A DNA stretch of 64,000 nucleotides from Fistulifera solaris (lineage: Eukaryota). Numbering within the stretch: the first letter of the stretch is position 1; every line of letters begins with the position of its first letter. The notes under the pieces were generated by a model. That model made no database searches. It worked only from the letters and a program-made list of their open reading frames with translations, and had not been told where the DNA came from. Shown in pieces: positions 24,892 through 36,751 of the stretch. The position numbers and the translations under genes are program-made. The stretch is from assembly GCA_030295235.1 (NCBI GenBank), contig AP026136.1, positions 248,001 through 312,000 of the forward strand. Direction: 5' to 3'.

Positions 24892-27576
24892 CTAGTTGTA
24901 ACTCTTGGTTGTCCCTTTTGTTGTCAAGAATTCCACCATTTCTATGGAAGCACCATTCAGTAAAGCGCAATCAAGAACACCATGGGCTGAACTATCGTGA
25001 GCATCACTAAAGAAACCGGTAAGAGAACCTGTTGGAGAAAAATTTACAAGCCACCTTTTCATTCAAACTTACAGTTTGCCGCCGTTTTGAAGTAAAAATT
25101 CAGCCATCTCAATCGCGTGCCACTCCTCGTCTCCTTCTGGTACAGGTACGAGGGCACAAGCGTGGAGGGCCGTCCGCCCACCTTCATCCGGGTTAGTCCA
25201 GTCAGGACTCCCCCCACGCGCGAGAGCCCCCGCTGCTGCTACAAGATCACATTCTTTGGCCGCGTCATACAAAGCCTTGCTGTACTTCTCTACCTTTTCT
25301 TCATCCGTCAAACCCTGACATCCCTCATATTGCAAGAAACCTTTCCACTGATATTTGCTTTTAATCCAAGCTTCCCGGCCCTTCCTATCGGCATTCTCCG
25401 TTGGCTTTTGCCAACCTGTCTGCGCGGCCAGTCCTTCTTCCCAAATTGGATTTACTTTGTCATTCCCGAGCAAGCAGATGACACTGCCTTCAGCGAGACT
25501 TATTGAGTCAAGCTTTAAGGACCGAACTCGGCTCACGTGTATCCCCAAAGAACGGTGAACGCCACTGCACTCTATGCAAACCAGGATGCCGAGATTCAGT
25601 GAAGCCCAGTCAGGTGATGCCATACCACAATCCGCGCATGTCGGGTTCAGCTTCATGATCTTTTCCACCAACGGACTGGTGTTCTGAGGAGGACCCAGAT
25701 GCGTTGACTCCATTTCCGATGATGTGTCGCTTACTTCGCGTACTTCTGTGGGCGGCAACTCCGAAAAGCTAGGATCTCTCGTATTCGCTGAATTTATGGG
25801 CTTCCTTCCGAGATTTTGGTTCAGATGTGGCGCATTCGGGTCGCCGTGATACAACCTATGTTCCATTGCCGACCGAATACCATCCACCCAAATCTTGTAA
25901 TCAATGGGCCCAGGGGCTTGCAACGTCAATGGCTTTTCACTGGGAGTGACTAACTGAAAACAAAAGCGTGATCCTTGTCCCTCCGCTGGAAGCTCTCGGA
26001 CGGTACACAATACCACGTCACAAACCTTCACTCGCGAAGAATAGGCCCCCTTTCGACGATAGGGACGGTCGTCGCCATCCGCACTAAAGTAGTAGATTGC
26101 ATCATTGTCCATGACAAACCATCGACGTTGCCAAGCCTGCAGCGCCATCAGTGACGTATTTTTCTTGTAGAGCCAACCTTCGATTTTCACTCCCGGCATT
26201 GTGTCGCGTTGATATCGAGAGGTAGCCGCCAGTGCATGCGGTAAATTCCACAGTTGAACTTGCTCTTCAATGTCATCTACTTTGAGGAGCTGTCGTTCGA
26301 CTTCCTTGGCATCCCCGTCCGCAATGGCCGCCGCAGCTTTGGATGCATCCGCTGCCTTGACACGGATCGAGTGCACCGCATCCCTCAGGGCAGTCTCACG
26401 ACCCTGCCATGTCGGAACAATGGTGCTAGCATGTTCGTCTCGAAGCTTATTTTGTCTCTCTTGAATTTCTTTGATACTCGGAGACAGTGAGTCCACCGCT
26501 GTTTTGCACCTTCCGTGATAATTGCTGATTTCGTGCAAAGTAGAAATAGCATTTTCGGCCACTTCAAAATTGCGACGGTGTTTAATGCTGATCAAATGCT
26601 TCATCAGCTGGAATCGCCTTAATTCCGCCATGCCTTGCAATACACGAACCTGTTCGAGTGACGAAACGAGATTGCTAGCTTCCATCGCCTTCTCGATACG
26701 CGAATCACCCGGATTGGACGTAGTAGCATCATGACCCCCACGACCTAGATTCCAGTTTTTAAAGGCTTTCCCGAGACGCTCTCCGGCCGCTGTTTTCCCG
26801 GCAGCCTTCTCACCAAATGATTCCGAAAAGTTGTTCTTTCCGTTGAGATATTTGCCAAATTGGAGTTCCGCCCCTTCTGTGGCTTCATCGGCGTCGGATT
26901 TGAGGATGGATACCGTTTTGAGTTCCGAGGCGGCAAAGGCCTCAAAGGACATTCCCAAGGTGCTTTCTATCGACTGCAGCATGGCAATCTGATAAAAGGC
27001 AACTTCATCCAGCGCCTACCAATTCTCGTGAGATTTATTCCAGTGCTCAAACTATTCGCTTTGGATGTTGTTTCTTACCTTCCCTAAATGTTCCAACAAC
27101 TCGGCCATTTCTCCACCCACCGCTTTGCGACGCGCTGCCACCAATTGATCAATTTCCTCCGGCGTCAGGCCATCTTCTCTACTTTGTTCTTCATCCCACC
27201 GCAGTCGACACGAACTCGCCAGCCGCCGTGTCGCTTCCCCCATCAAGGTACCGGTTTGACACAAGGTCTTGGTCCGCGTGGTGATTTCGCGCATCGCGTC
27301 GGTTAACAAACTCAATGATTGAATTTCGTGGTCACAGAACGATTTAAAGTACGGTGAATCGGCCGTAAAGTTGTGACGAGGATTCCAAGCATCGGGCGTG
27401 GTGGTGGTGGGTAGAGATGAAGTCGTTGTCGAGGGTTCTTCCGGACTGTCATTGAGTAAATGAGGTTCTCCTAAATCAAAGTTGTCGTCGCTGGAGTTGT
27501 TGGAAGCGTTTTCGACAGTTTCCTCGATTTCCTTGACTTCCTTGGTTTCTTTGACTTCCTCATCGGCACTGGTCAT
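24892..27576 (-). CDS. ACAP/centaurin-beta-like ArfGAP (BAR-PH-ArfGAP-ankyrin)
   Basis: DSPYFK BAR start; PH domain EGWLYKK…WQRRWF; ArfGAP zinc finger CADC-x16-CIEC-SGVHRSLG; ankyrin GRTALH; introns 27016-27078 and 25007-25072. Confidence 0.93.
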
Positions 27577-27865
27577 GGTGCGGTAGATTAGGATACTAAG
27601 TAGAAACGAGTTGTTTCGGCTGAACAAGGCCGCTTGAGTGAGAAGACGTGGATCTTCAGATAGCTTTGTCGTTGATTTGCAACGTAACGGTTCCTTTTGG
27701 AACGCTCATGCTCATTGGGGCGAATAAAACGAAAAGGCAGTCGGAGCGTCGTTGGTTCACGTGTTTTCTAGTGGGAATCTCTAGTACCGCTACGATTCAA
27801 AGGGATCTTGCTGAGTTTGGCCAATGACCGTTCACCCTTCACTGTGACCCTTGAGCCGCATAGGA

Positions 27866-27908
27866 ACCGGTACCGGTACGGGTACCGGTACCAGGGTACC
27901 CGGTACCC
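27866..27908. repeat. Palindromic (GGTACC)n-type array
   Basis: accggtaccggtacgggtaccggtaccagggtacccggtaccc; related arrays at 1311, 36555 and 60963. Confidence 0.85.
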
Positions 27909-28066
27909 TAGTTTCTTAGCAATAAGCCAAAGCACAACCGCTTGTGATGGTGCCTCATTTCAATTGGTTTTAAAAAAATCATAGAGAGAGATGATACAAG
28001 CGCAAAGCTTTTTATCTCTATAGAAAGTGTTTAACAATGAACCCGCTCGTCGTGACAAGTCGACGA

Positions 28067-30120
28067 CTACCTCGTCGACGTCTGATCCGCCCAGTCCGCA
28101 GACGTAGAGAGCAACAAGCCAATCACCATGGCCCAGAATATAGACAAGAATGCATAAATCATTCCATCAAATCGCATGAGAATGGGGTCGACTCCCGCCA
28201 GGATTTCCACCACAAAACTCGCCAACGAACTCATGGTACCACCAAATCCATTGATAAACGAAACCAAAACAATGCTTTCGAGAGGTCCCGGTTCACCCGC
28301 GAGCAAATTACCCAGTCCACCGGACAAAGCACAGGCTAGCATGTTGGACGTAAACGTCCCCAAAGGAAACGTCGGTCTCCACGCGTTCAATCGAGAAAGT
28401 CGCCAACGTGCCAGCACGCCCAAGGGAGAGAACAACAAGCTCAAGGCGAGTTCTTGATTCTCCGGATTGTCAAAGAAGGAAAGTGATGTACATTGTGTGA
28501 CCAATGCCATGATAAACACGGCCGTGATAATAGCGCGGAGCGACGGCATTTTGTCTTCGGTGTGACGCAAGGGGGAGCCGTTTCGGTTTCCGAATCATCG
28601 GGAGCACTTTCCGACTGGTCATTGGCCGCCACACGGATTCCGTAACCGCGACGTTCGTCCCGTTTCGTCTCAAAGCGACAACGCCAAACAAAGATGTAGA
28701 CCGCAATGTGTTGCCCGAATCGGTAGGCGATAATGGGGAGCTGTAAGCCCAACATGTAACCAACGACCGCCTTGCCGATTTCTCCTTGATCCAAGAATGT
28801 CACCATGGCCGAATTCCACGACGAAAAGGACGACAGGGCACCACAGAAGCCATCCCGCAGTCCCAGCATGATATCGTCACTCATGGCTTCGGGTGTCGTA
28901 CCCGCATCCCATCCATCAGCAATGTTCACTCGTCGTAGACGTGAGATGTTCTCCGTCACATTGGCGGTGACATCCGTAATGATCTGTTCTACTCCGAGTG
29001 GATCGTCGGGAGTTGGTTCCGTGTCGTCGGACTGTGAATTGTTGTTCTTTTCTTTCCTGGAAGGAGGAGTGCTGGAGTTTGCATTTCCCAAATCAACGTT
29101 TGACATGTGGGACGGAGGATGTTCCGGTACACGAGGAGGTGTCATTGTGGGTCGCGATCGTAACGGTGAATCGGGACATTCTTGCAATTCCAAATCAAAC
29201 GACATGTTGTTTTCCGGTCGCTCGGCCTCGGATTGCGGAGAATAAATACCCGAAGCCAGATGTGGCTCGGGAAGATCATCATCATCATTATCATTACCTT
29301 CGGAATTCCGCCGATATCCGTCAGCAAAGTAATGTTCCATCACATCCACATCTTCCTTGCGGACGGGAAAGAGTATTAAGCATTTCGACGATCGTATGCG
29401 ACGTTCTAACGCCAACAATTGGACATCCCGTAAATCTTCATTCAAATGTACGGGTGGTTGCCAACTATGAAAGTATTTTTGTTTCTTGGGTCGTCGCCGT
29501 CGGAGGGTGGGCGGCAAGGGACTCGCCGACGTGTGCAAGCCGTCCGCTTCTCCGTCTTCTGCTTCCTCTTCGTCATCATTCCGATGGTGACGACGCTCCC
29601 GAATGATTTCTTCTGCCAGAACCATTTGTTGCAATCGCGGTGGCGAAAATCGTGTATGAATGATTTCCATCAATCGTTCTCCCGAGCAGAGCATCCCCAT
29701 GAGAAAGCAAGACAAACAATTGAGTGGTAATACCACAAAGAGTGGACTGTCTTGATTAAAGACATTATCGAAATTCGCAAACCACGTTGATGCCCCCAAA
29801 CGAAAGACAATACCGAGTTGCGTAAAGAGGGATAGAATTAAAATATCATCGTACGTGGTCCAGAAATGATGTACAAATTGTTGATCTTCGTCCGCTTGTG
29901 GGTCTTGTTGTTCGGGTGGCTGTTCACTCGTAGTCGGATTTTGTCTCGATTGTCGTTGGGGATAAAAGAAACTGTGCACGGCTTCTCTGGACGGTTTCGC
30001 AATCGATTCTTCGAAATGCGTCGAAACTTCATCGAAATGACTGACGAGAAGATCAGTTGTTGTTGTTGTTGTTGTTGCGTTGGGGCGATTCGATTCGGTG
30101 GGTGGAATCGAATTGGACAT
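28067..30120 (-). CDS. Fluoride export protein (FEX, tandem CrcB/Fluc domains)
   Basis: GLRDGFCGALSSFSSW (Fluc domain 1); SPLGVLARWRLSRLN…FPLGTFTSNM…GFGGTMSSLASFVVE (domain 2); frameshift near G-run 28570. Confidence 0.85.
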
Positions 30121-30525
30121 GATGATGAATACCACTTCAAGCAAAAAGAAATGAAGATGACTACCAGTACAAAGTATCGTATGACCAATGTTGCTTTAGT
30201 TTTATTTGCACTGCAATGAAACGGAAACGGTGTGGCTGCGCGTGCTCTCAGAGAGTTTCCTCCAACTCGTCCCACGACACGCTCTGCGCTCTGCGGTCCG
30301 TTAAATAACGGCAACGTTAACGTGAATACCGAGCCCAATCAAGGAGACAGGCAGAGCATCGTACTGTTTTCCAATCCCGCTGGAGTCCCGGATCACGGAA
30401 GGAAAAACCAAAAAAAACACCACGAAGGGAAGTGCCGTTTACTTTGGTTTAGAACAATCGTTGACATCTCTCTACATTATGCTCTGTTTTCGATCATAAA
30501 TATTACGGAGTACACAATTTAAATA

Positions 30526-31914
30526 ATGACGCCTCAAGATACTACTTCATCGAAGGAAGAAGCTAAGGATCAATCGGAGGCGCGGCATCCTCCTCCTCCC
30601 TCGTATTATTATCCTCCTCCTCCTCCTCCTCCTCCTCACCATCATCATCATCGTCCCCCTCCGCCCGGAGTTTATTATCCTCCTCCTGTTCTACCAGCAC
30701 AGAATACTACTACTAATACTACTACTAGTACGGCTAGTCCTTTCAAAACGTCGTTACTTCTAGCGACGGGAGGATTTTTAGGAATGACGGCGGCAGCGGC
30801 CATTCGATGGTTGAATGGTGAAGATTTTTCCTTACTTCCACGCAACGAACCAAGCACAACTCCAATCATGGATTCTTTCGTCGAAGAATTACGACAACAA
30901 CAGCAACAGCAACAAGACCAAATTGTACAGCGTCTTACGAATGTACTAACAAAACAACACGAAAAAGAGCGGACCGACGATTGTGTTAAGTTGCTGCGAA
31001 CGAAATCATCATCATCATCGTCGTCGTTGTCGGAAGAGGAGGATGTAGTACCCATGTTGATGCAGATTCAATCCGAGCTGACGGCGTTGCGGCAAACACT
31101 GCAAGAGAATGAGCCATGGGAGGAGCGATTATCGGATACGTTACACAATTTACACAAATGCATGGAGCATCTTCTTCGAGGGACGGTCGTCGATTCGAAT
31201 CGTACCAATGTTATGACACGTGTCGAACCACCCCAATCGCTGAAGGAAGATGTGAGCAAAGACCTTCCTTTCACTTTACAAGATTCACTACGTACATTGA
31301 TGGAACAGAACAATCCGGATCATTTGCGGGCCGGTATCCCCCTGTTATTTCTCTATGTATCGAACCTTTTGCATCATCCGACGGCACCACGCTACCGAAA
31401 AATATTCATGTCAAATGACAGTTTTCAAAAAGTCGATCAATTGGTGGGTGGAAAAGAATTTTTGGTGGTACTGGGATTTGTCGAACTGGGCACCTATCTG
31501 GAATGGCAACACGATATGAAGGATCACATGGAGGTGTTGCAGTCTGCGACGTCGGCTTTGAAATTACTGAAAGCCGTGCCCCCGGTCATTGAATCGGAGT
31601 TCGTGGAACAAGTCATTGCGGCGGCGCGAGGAACCAGTTGTCCACCCACACCCACAATCCATGCGTCTGGTTTGGATGAATTGAAAACACCAGAAATCGG
31701 CAGAATTGCATCACCACCGAATACGCGAAAACATCATTTGGAAAAGCCTGCATTCCCGTTGCTGCATGGGAACGATGATAATGATAATGATGAATCACCT
31801 CCCGTTTTGTCCATGTCTTCTGAAAGCAATCGAGATCGGACGACCGAGGAGTTGCCTTCACCAAATCGAGAGAACTCGGGCGATAAGGAGGCTACGGATG
31901 TATTATGGAAGTAA
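30526..31914 (+). CDS. PUB-domain protein with poly-Pro/His N-terminus, hydrophobic segment and coiled coil
   Basis: LFLYVSNLLHHPTAPRYRKIFMSNDSFQKV…GGKEFLVVLGF is the PUB signature; TM-like LATGGFLGMTAAAAIRW. Confidence 0.75.
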   Translation: MTPQDTTSSKEEAKDQSEARHPPPPSYYYPPPPPPPPHHHHHRPPPPGVYYPPPVLPAQNTTTNTTTSTASPFKTSLLLATGGFLGMTAAAAIRWLNGEDFSLLPRNEPSTTPIMDSFVEELRQQQQQQQDQIVQRLTNVLTKQHEKERTDDCVKLLRTKSSSSSSSLSEEEDVVPMLMQIQSELTALRQTLQENEPWEERLSDTLHNLHKCMEHLLRGTVVDSNRTNVMTRVEPPQSLKEDVSKDLPFTLQDSLRTLMEQNNPDHLRAGIPLLFLYVSNLLHHPTAPRYRKIFMSNDSFQKVDQLVGGKEFLVVLGFVELGTYLEWQHDMKDHMEVLQSATSALKLLKAVPPVIESEFVEQVIAAARGTSCPPTPTIHASGLDELKTPEIGRIASPPNTRKHHLEKPAFPLLHGNDDNDNDESPPVLSMSSESNRDRTTEELPSPNRENSGDKEATDVLWK

Positions 31915-31958
31915 ACGAATTCATAGAAAGCAGTATACTATTAGTCGAAAAACTTTTC

Positions 31959-34900
31959 TTAGGCAAAAGGGTCAAACGGATTCGTACTTTTTTGCGGAGC
32001 TTGTTGGGAAGGTTGCTGGGAAGGTTGCGGAGCACTAGTGGCATAACTTGTCTGATATTGTGGAGGAGGTGCTTGTCCTTGGTTGTAATGACTATTGTAT
32101 CCTGAATATGGTGCTGTTTGTCCTGCAGGTATAGATGACTGAGCACTCGGTTGTGCATATCCATACCCCGCTGGATTGTATCCTGGGCCGACAGAAGGTG
32201 GGACTTGCGGAGGTGTGGAAGGAGCGTGAGCCAAAGTTGTCGCGTTATTTGCTACTACGGAAGGTTGTGCCACAGGTACAGGGACAATCGTGGGCTGAAA
32301 TGGTGTATCGACTTGTATTGGAGCATGAGCAGTCCCAATCAATCCAGCTCCGCTTGGAGCTGTCCCAGAGACCTGTTGTGCCACATATAATTGTTGGTTA
32401 GCCACTTCGGGAGGGTCGGGTTTGGTAACGGAATCAAATGGGTTTGAACTGGCTACTGTTGGTTGAGAAACTGTCATGCTGTCGAAAATGCCCAACAAGT
32501 CTTCGTTAACTTGGGGTGCCGGTACCGAAGGAACTGTATTTGCCATTGCACCTCGCGGATCAACAATAGGCGGAATGTTGACTATCGTCCCCCGAGCGTT
32601 CGGATGCATCGCAGCATGCATAGTATCAAAAGGAACATTGAACCACAACCTCTGATCGCGTGTCAACTGCGCTACATGTTAGTGATACTGCATGAGAAAA
32701 CAGGCACAATCCGATTGCTCACATTTACTCACCCGGGGCGTAGCGTTATTCCGCAGCTGCCATCTTCGCTGCGCGCAAACTCGTCGCACATTAAACAGCC
32801 GGGATCGATCAACAAGGAGACCGTATACGTCAGTAGCTGCATTTCGAACCTGCTGCACTATTTGTCCCCGCATGTTTTCATAGTTCTTCATCGCTCGGAT
32901 CTTATCGAGCCCATCTGTTGCTTCCGCTATCACGGCAGTTGGTCCATGGTAAAGAAGATTGCGCAAAATCATTAGTGCCTGGTAGCCGTGCTTCCACTGC
33001 ATGCCTCGCGAATCGCGAATGCGCAACCACAGAACAGACATCACATCGGCCAGGATGGTACTGCACTCGAGACACTCTTCGACAAGTTGAGCCACAGCTT
33101 TGGCGTAGTCGCCTTCAAACGGTTTGTTGGATGTCAAGAGCATTGCAGTACGACGACCATTTGACTGAACTACCGCCGATCTCCGAGACAGACTGCTTTG
33201 CGCTAGCTGACGACATACTTTTCGGACATCGAGTAGACCAAAATCTATTTGATGCCTGCGATGATAGTAACAGCACTGCAAGAACAGGGGTGTGTCAGGT
33301 GTATTGAGCGGCTGGCGGCTTCGAATTTCTTCCACACGCCGACTGACAAATTCCGCTAGCATTTGTGTTTGACAAAAGTTCTGCAGTAAGGGCCAAACGG
33401 GGGTGCCTTCACCTTCTCCTGCCGATCGTTTGTGGGCGAGATATTTATTTCGGTCGAGTACGGCCGCCGAATCGCCTGGTGAAACAGAAAGATACCAACG
33501 AACATCTCCAAACATACAAAGGAAGAAAATGGTGAAAGAAATTCGTGCTTCCTCCTCGGCTGCTTCGTTGTGACAAGATTCAACATAAATGTAGTCCGGT
33601 GCCATGGATTTCGCATCCGGTGCTTCCGTGACGGCTAACTGTACTTCCACTTCTTCTACCTCTTCAACATCATTGCTGTCCTGGTTGCTCGACGATCCTT
33701 TTTTCTGCAAAAACATCTTGCCCTTATTCTTGATTTTTGTTCAACGTCGTTTTTACGGCTTTTGTAGCTTTGGCCGCCGTTTCCCCCATATTGGCCAGCG
33801 CGGACTCCCCGTACATGGCTTTTTTATCCGCCTTGACAATGTCCACCAGCTCTTGCGCCAAACACTCGGATGGAGTCGCGGGAGCGCCCGATCCCAGCTG
33901 GCCTACCATTTGTCGTGGAGAAGAAAATTCTCCTTTGACCGTGGTCATGAACAGATCCGGGATACGCTGATTGACGGTATTGGCATCCATGCCCCGCGTT
34001 TCCATGTTGTTGGTGTCCAAATGAATAATGAGAACATCACCCAATCCGTCCGTATAGTCTAGGCGGGACACCACCGGCGACAAGATACCAATCAAATAGG
34101 GATACGGTGCCGCCAGATACTGCCACAAATGAGGTGGCATAACGGGAATGTACAAATGCTGCCATTGGAGCATGCCTTGCGCCAGCATTGCGAGAGCCGC
34201 ATGCGAGCAAGCGGCCAGCCGGGTCGGACTATGGCTTACCATGATGACACGACGTTCCGACAGAAGAGCCGACAAAATGCGGAGGGCATGGGCCACACCC
34301 ACACAGCGTAGTAGGGGCAAAATGGAATTGTTGGCATTCGCCACGATACTAGATTGACTCGACGAAGCGATCAGCAACGCGGTAGGAATCAAGTAGCGAT
34401 TCAGATCGACGGAAGTAAAGATGGGAACGGACAATCCCAGTTCCAGTCCTTCCAACGTTGCGAGCAGAGGAACTCCCTGTTGCTCCGGAGGTCTCGTCTG
34501 ATAGATCCTCGCCAGATGCTGCTGATGATTGACCAAATTGTGCAACAGCCACTTTTGTGGTTCCGTGTGAGCTTGTTGATACGGTGGCATCGTCGCTTGA
34601 TGAGAGGAAATTGCTTGCAACGATTTGAGAATGGAGGCATAGAGCGAATCGGCACCCGCAGCTCGTGTCAATATCACCAGTGCCCGTTCTCCTCGTCGTC
34701 CTACATCGTATCGGGATCGAGCCACCAAATGCGGAGGCAGATACCTTCGTACGTGTCCATGCATGCGGGCGCCAGTGCTGAGCTGTAACGAAAACGTGAA
34801 CTGAAGGAAGGGTGTATTTTGCATCGCGTGGTAGTCGTAACGATTGAGGGGTGACGCTCCTGTCGTGGACGGAGCCGACGACTGATCATATTCCGGAAAC

Positions 34901-35067
34901 GCAAAACTGGCGACTTGTGGAATACTTTTTCGCATCTCTTCCATGAGAGCGTCATCTCGTATGGGAGAAGCGACCCAGAAAGGTTGCGGACACGAGGACG
35001 ACGCCGCCGGATGCGGAACATCCAAAAACAGATCAAAGAGCGGCAGCGGGCTTGCAGGTGCCGCCAT
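31959..35067 (-). CDS. DENN-domain Rab GEF fused to ENTH domain with NPF-containing tail
   Basis: uDENN (FAFPEY…FTFSL…HGHVRR), cDENN (LLSERRVIMVS…WQHLYIPVMPP…APYPYLIG), dDENN (FCQTQMLAEFV), ENTH-like (WLRIRDSRGMQWKHGYQALMILRNLLYHGP), NPF motifs; frameshift ~33735; intron 32667-32732. Confidence 0.85.
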
Positions 35068-35476
35068 TGCCGCAGGGTCTCTTGGTTGAACGAATTAAAA
35101 TAGGAGATAAATCTCAAGCGAATCAAAACAGAGAGTTGATTAATCGCAATACATTTCTCTCTCGGCTGCTGCCGACGGCGGTTGAAAAATCCAACCGCAA
35201 TCGCCCCCGAATGTCGTACTGGTATCTTTACGATTGGCTAATGAGGAAGTCATTTTTAGGTCTAATTCTAGAATTCTAGAGATTATTCTACAGCCCAATG
35301 GTAAACATTGACGACGACGAAAGAGAAAGATGATATGACCTGGTCGCTTATACCTGGTCGAAGCTCAGAAATGAACAGGAAGTAGCGTTGGCAAACTATC
35401 GAACGATCACCACGACATTTATCACAACTTGTGATTTTTCAAATTATTTTTTATGTTAATAAGGAAAACACCCACC

Positions 35477-36341
35477 TTACATGAGAGTAGCTTCAATAGT
35501 CTGCTTCAACGTCGCGAGCTCCACGCCATAACTCTTCGCCTCGGCGCTCGTATCACAGCCGAGACTTCCCCGAACAGGTTCTCCGAGAAGATGCAGTCCG
35601 AACGAACCCATCAAATCGCCCTTCTCAAGCAGTTCCTGCTCTTGATTCAAAGCTTCCTCGCCAGTGAGCTCAATAAATGTAAACTTTTGTCCCTTGAGCT
35701 CTTCCACCAAAGCAAGTGCTTCACGCCAAGTCACGGTCTCGCCCTGAATGCAGAGTTCACCTCCATTGGCAAACTCCGGATCTGTCAAGGCCCTGGCCAA
35801 AATGAACCCAATATCGCTTCGTTTTGTAAAGGAGTATTTGCCAGTACCACTGTCCACCAATGTTGCCGTCATCTTCTCGAGATTAGCCAAAAGAAGAAAA
35901 TGTAATCCGAGAATAGACCCGTGTAGACGGCAAGAGTTGGAAGACCGACCTTTTCGGCGTGGTCCAAAACAACCTTTTCCCAACAAAAAAGGGAAAGCCC
36001 GGCTTCCAACGACGGTGATCGACACCGTACTGCGAAGGAACGAACAAAGAAGCACCCGCTGCTTTGGCAGCATTGATCATCTTGATCTCTGTGTCGACCA
36101 ATTGCGGTCCTGAAACAGATGAAACGACGACGGAAGCATTCGGCATGGCCTTGACCAGTCCTTCTGTGTCATTGAAGTCTACTTGCTGAACTCTCCATCC
36201 GAGACTTTCAAGCCTCTCGCTTTTCTCTCCGACAGATCGTACCAGGGCGACTTTCTCATCGAAGCCTTCCGTAGTCACGAGGCCCTTGGCCATTTCTTGG
36301 CCAAGGCCCCCCGTGGCGCCAACAAAGTAAAGAACTTTCAT
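35477..36341 (-). CDS. NmrA-like / isoflavone reductase-like NAD(P)-binding protein (copy 1)
   Basis: GATGGLG Rossmann motif, AAKAAG..FVPSQYG; two 1-nt deletions (~35975, ~35890) relative to the intact paralog at 40483. Confidence 0.85.
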
Positions 36342-36751
36342 GATTGATTGAATGGGTTATCGGTGTTGCAGACTTGTTTTGCAGTAAAATTGTGAGCACT
36401 TATCGCATTTCTGTTGCGATTTGCTTCTTTGCAAGATGGAAAACCTTTTTCAAACTTTTTCGCGGATATTCTCGTGGCGACATAGTTGTACACCGATCCT
36501 GAGTCCTGAGAATGGTTTTCCGCTGAACTTTCCAGAATGTTCTCGTCTGTCTGTTACCACCGGTACCGGTACTGGTACCGGTACGGTACTGTACCTGCGA
36601 GGGCCTAGAAAGGCCTAGGGCGGGATTTGTACGACAACCGTCCGTACAGCGTCCGCACTCTAGAACCTTTAGGCTCCCCACCAGCTTCAATTCATTCGAA
36701 GACAAAATACCGTGAGCTCTGAATTCGGTTCGCGCACAAGAAATAGGAGCA

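Noticed and set aside
27866..27908. CRISPR array or transposon TIR interpretation of the GGTACC arrays
   Set aside because: No repeat-spacer structure, no cas or transposase gene, no paired termini or target-site duplications.
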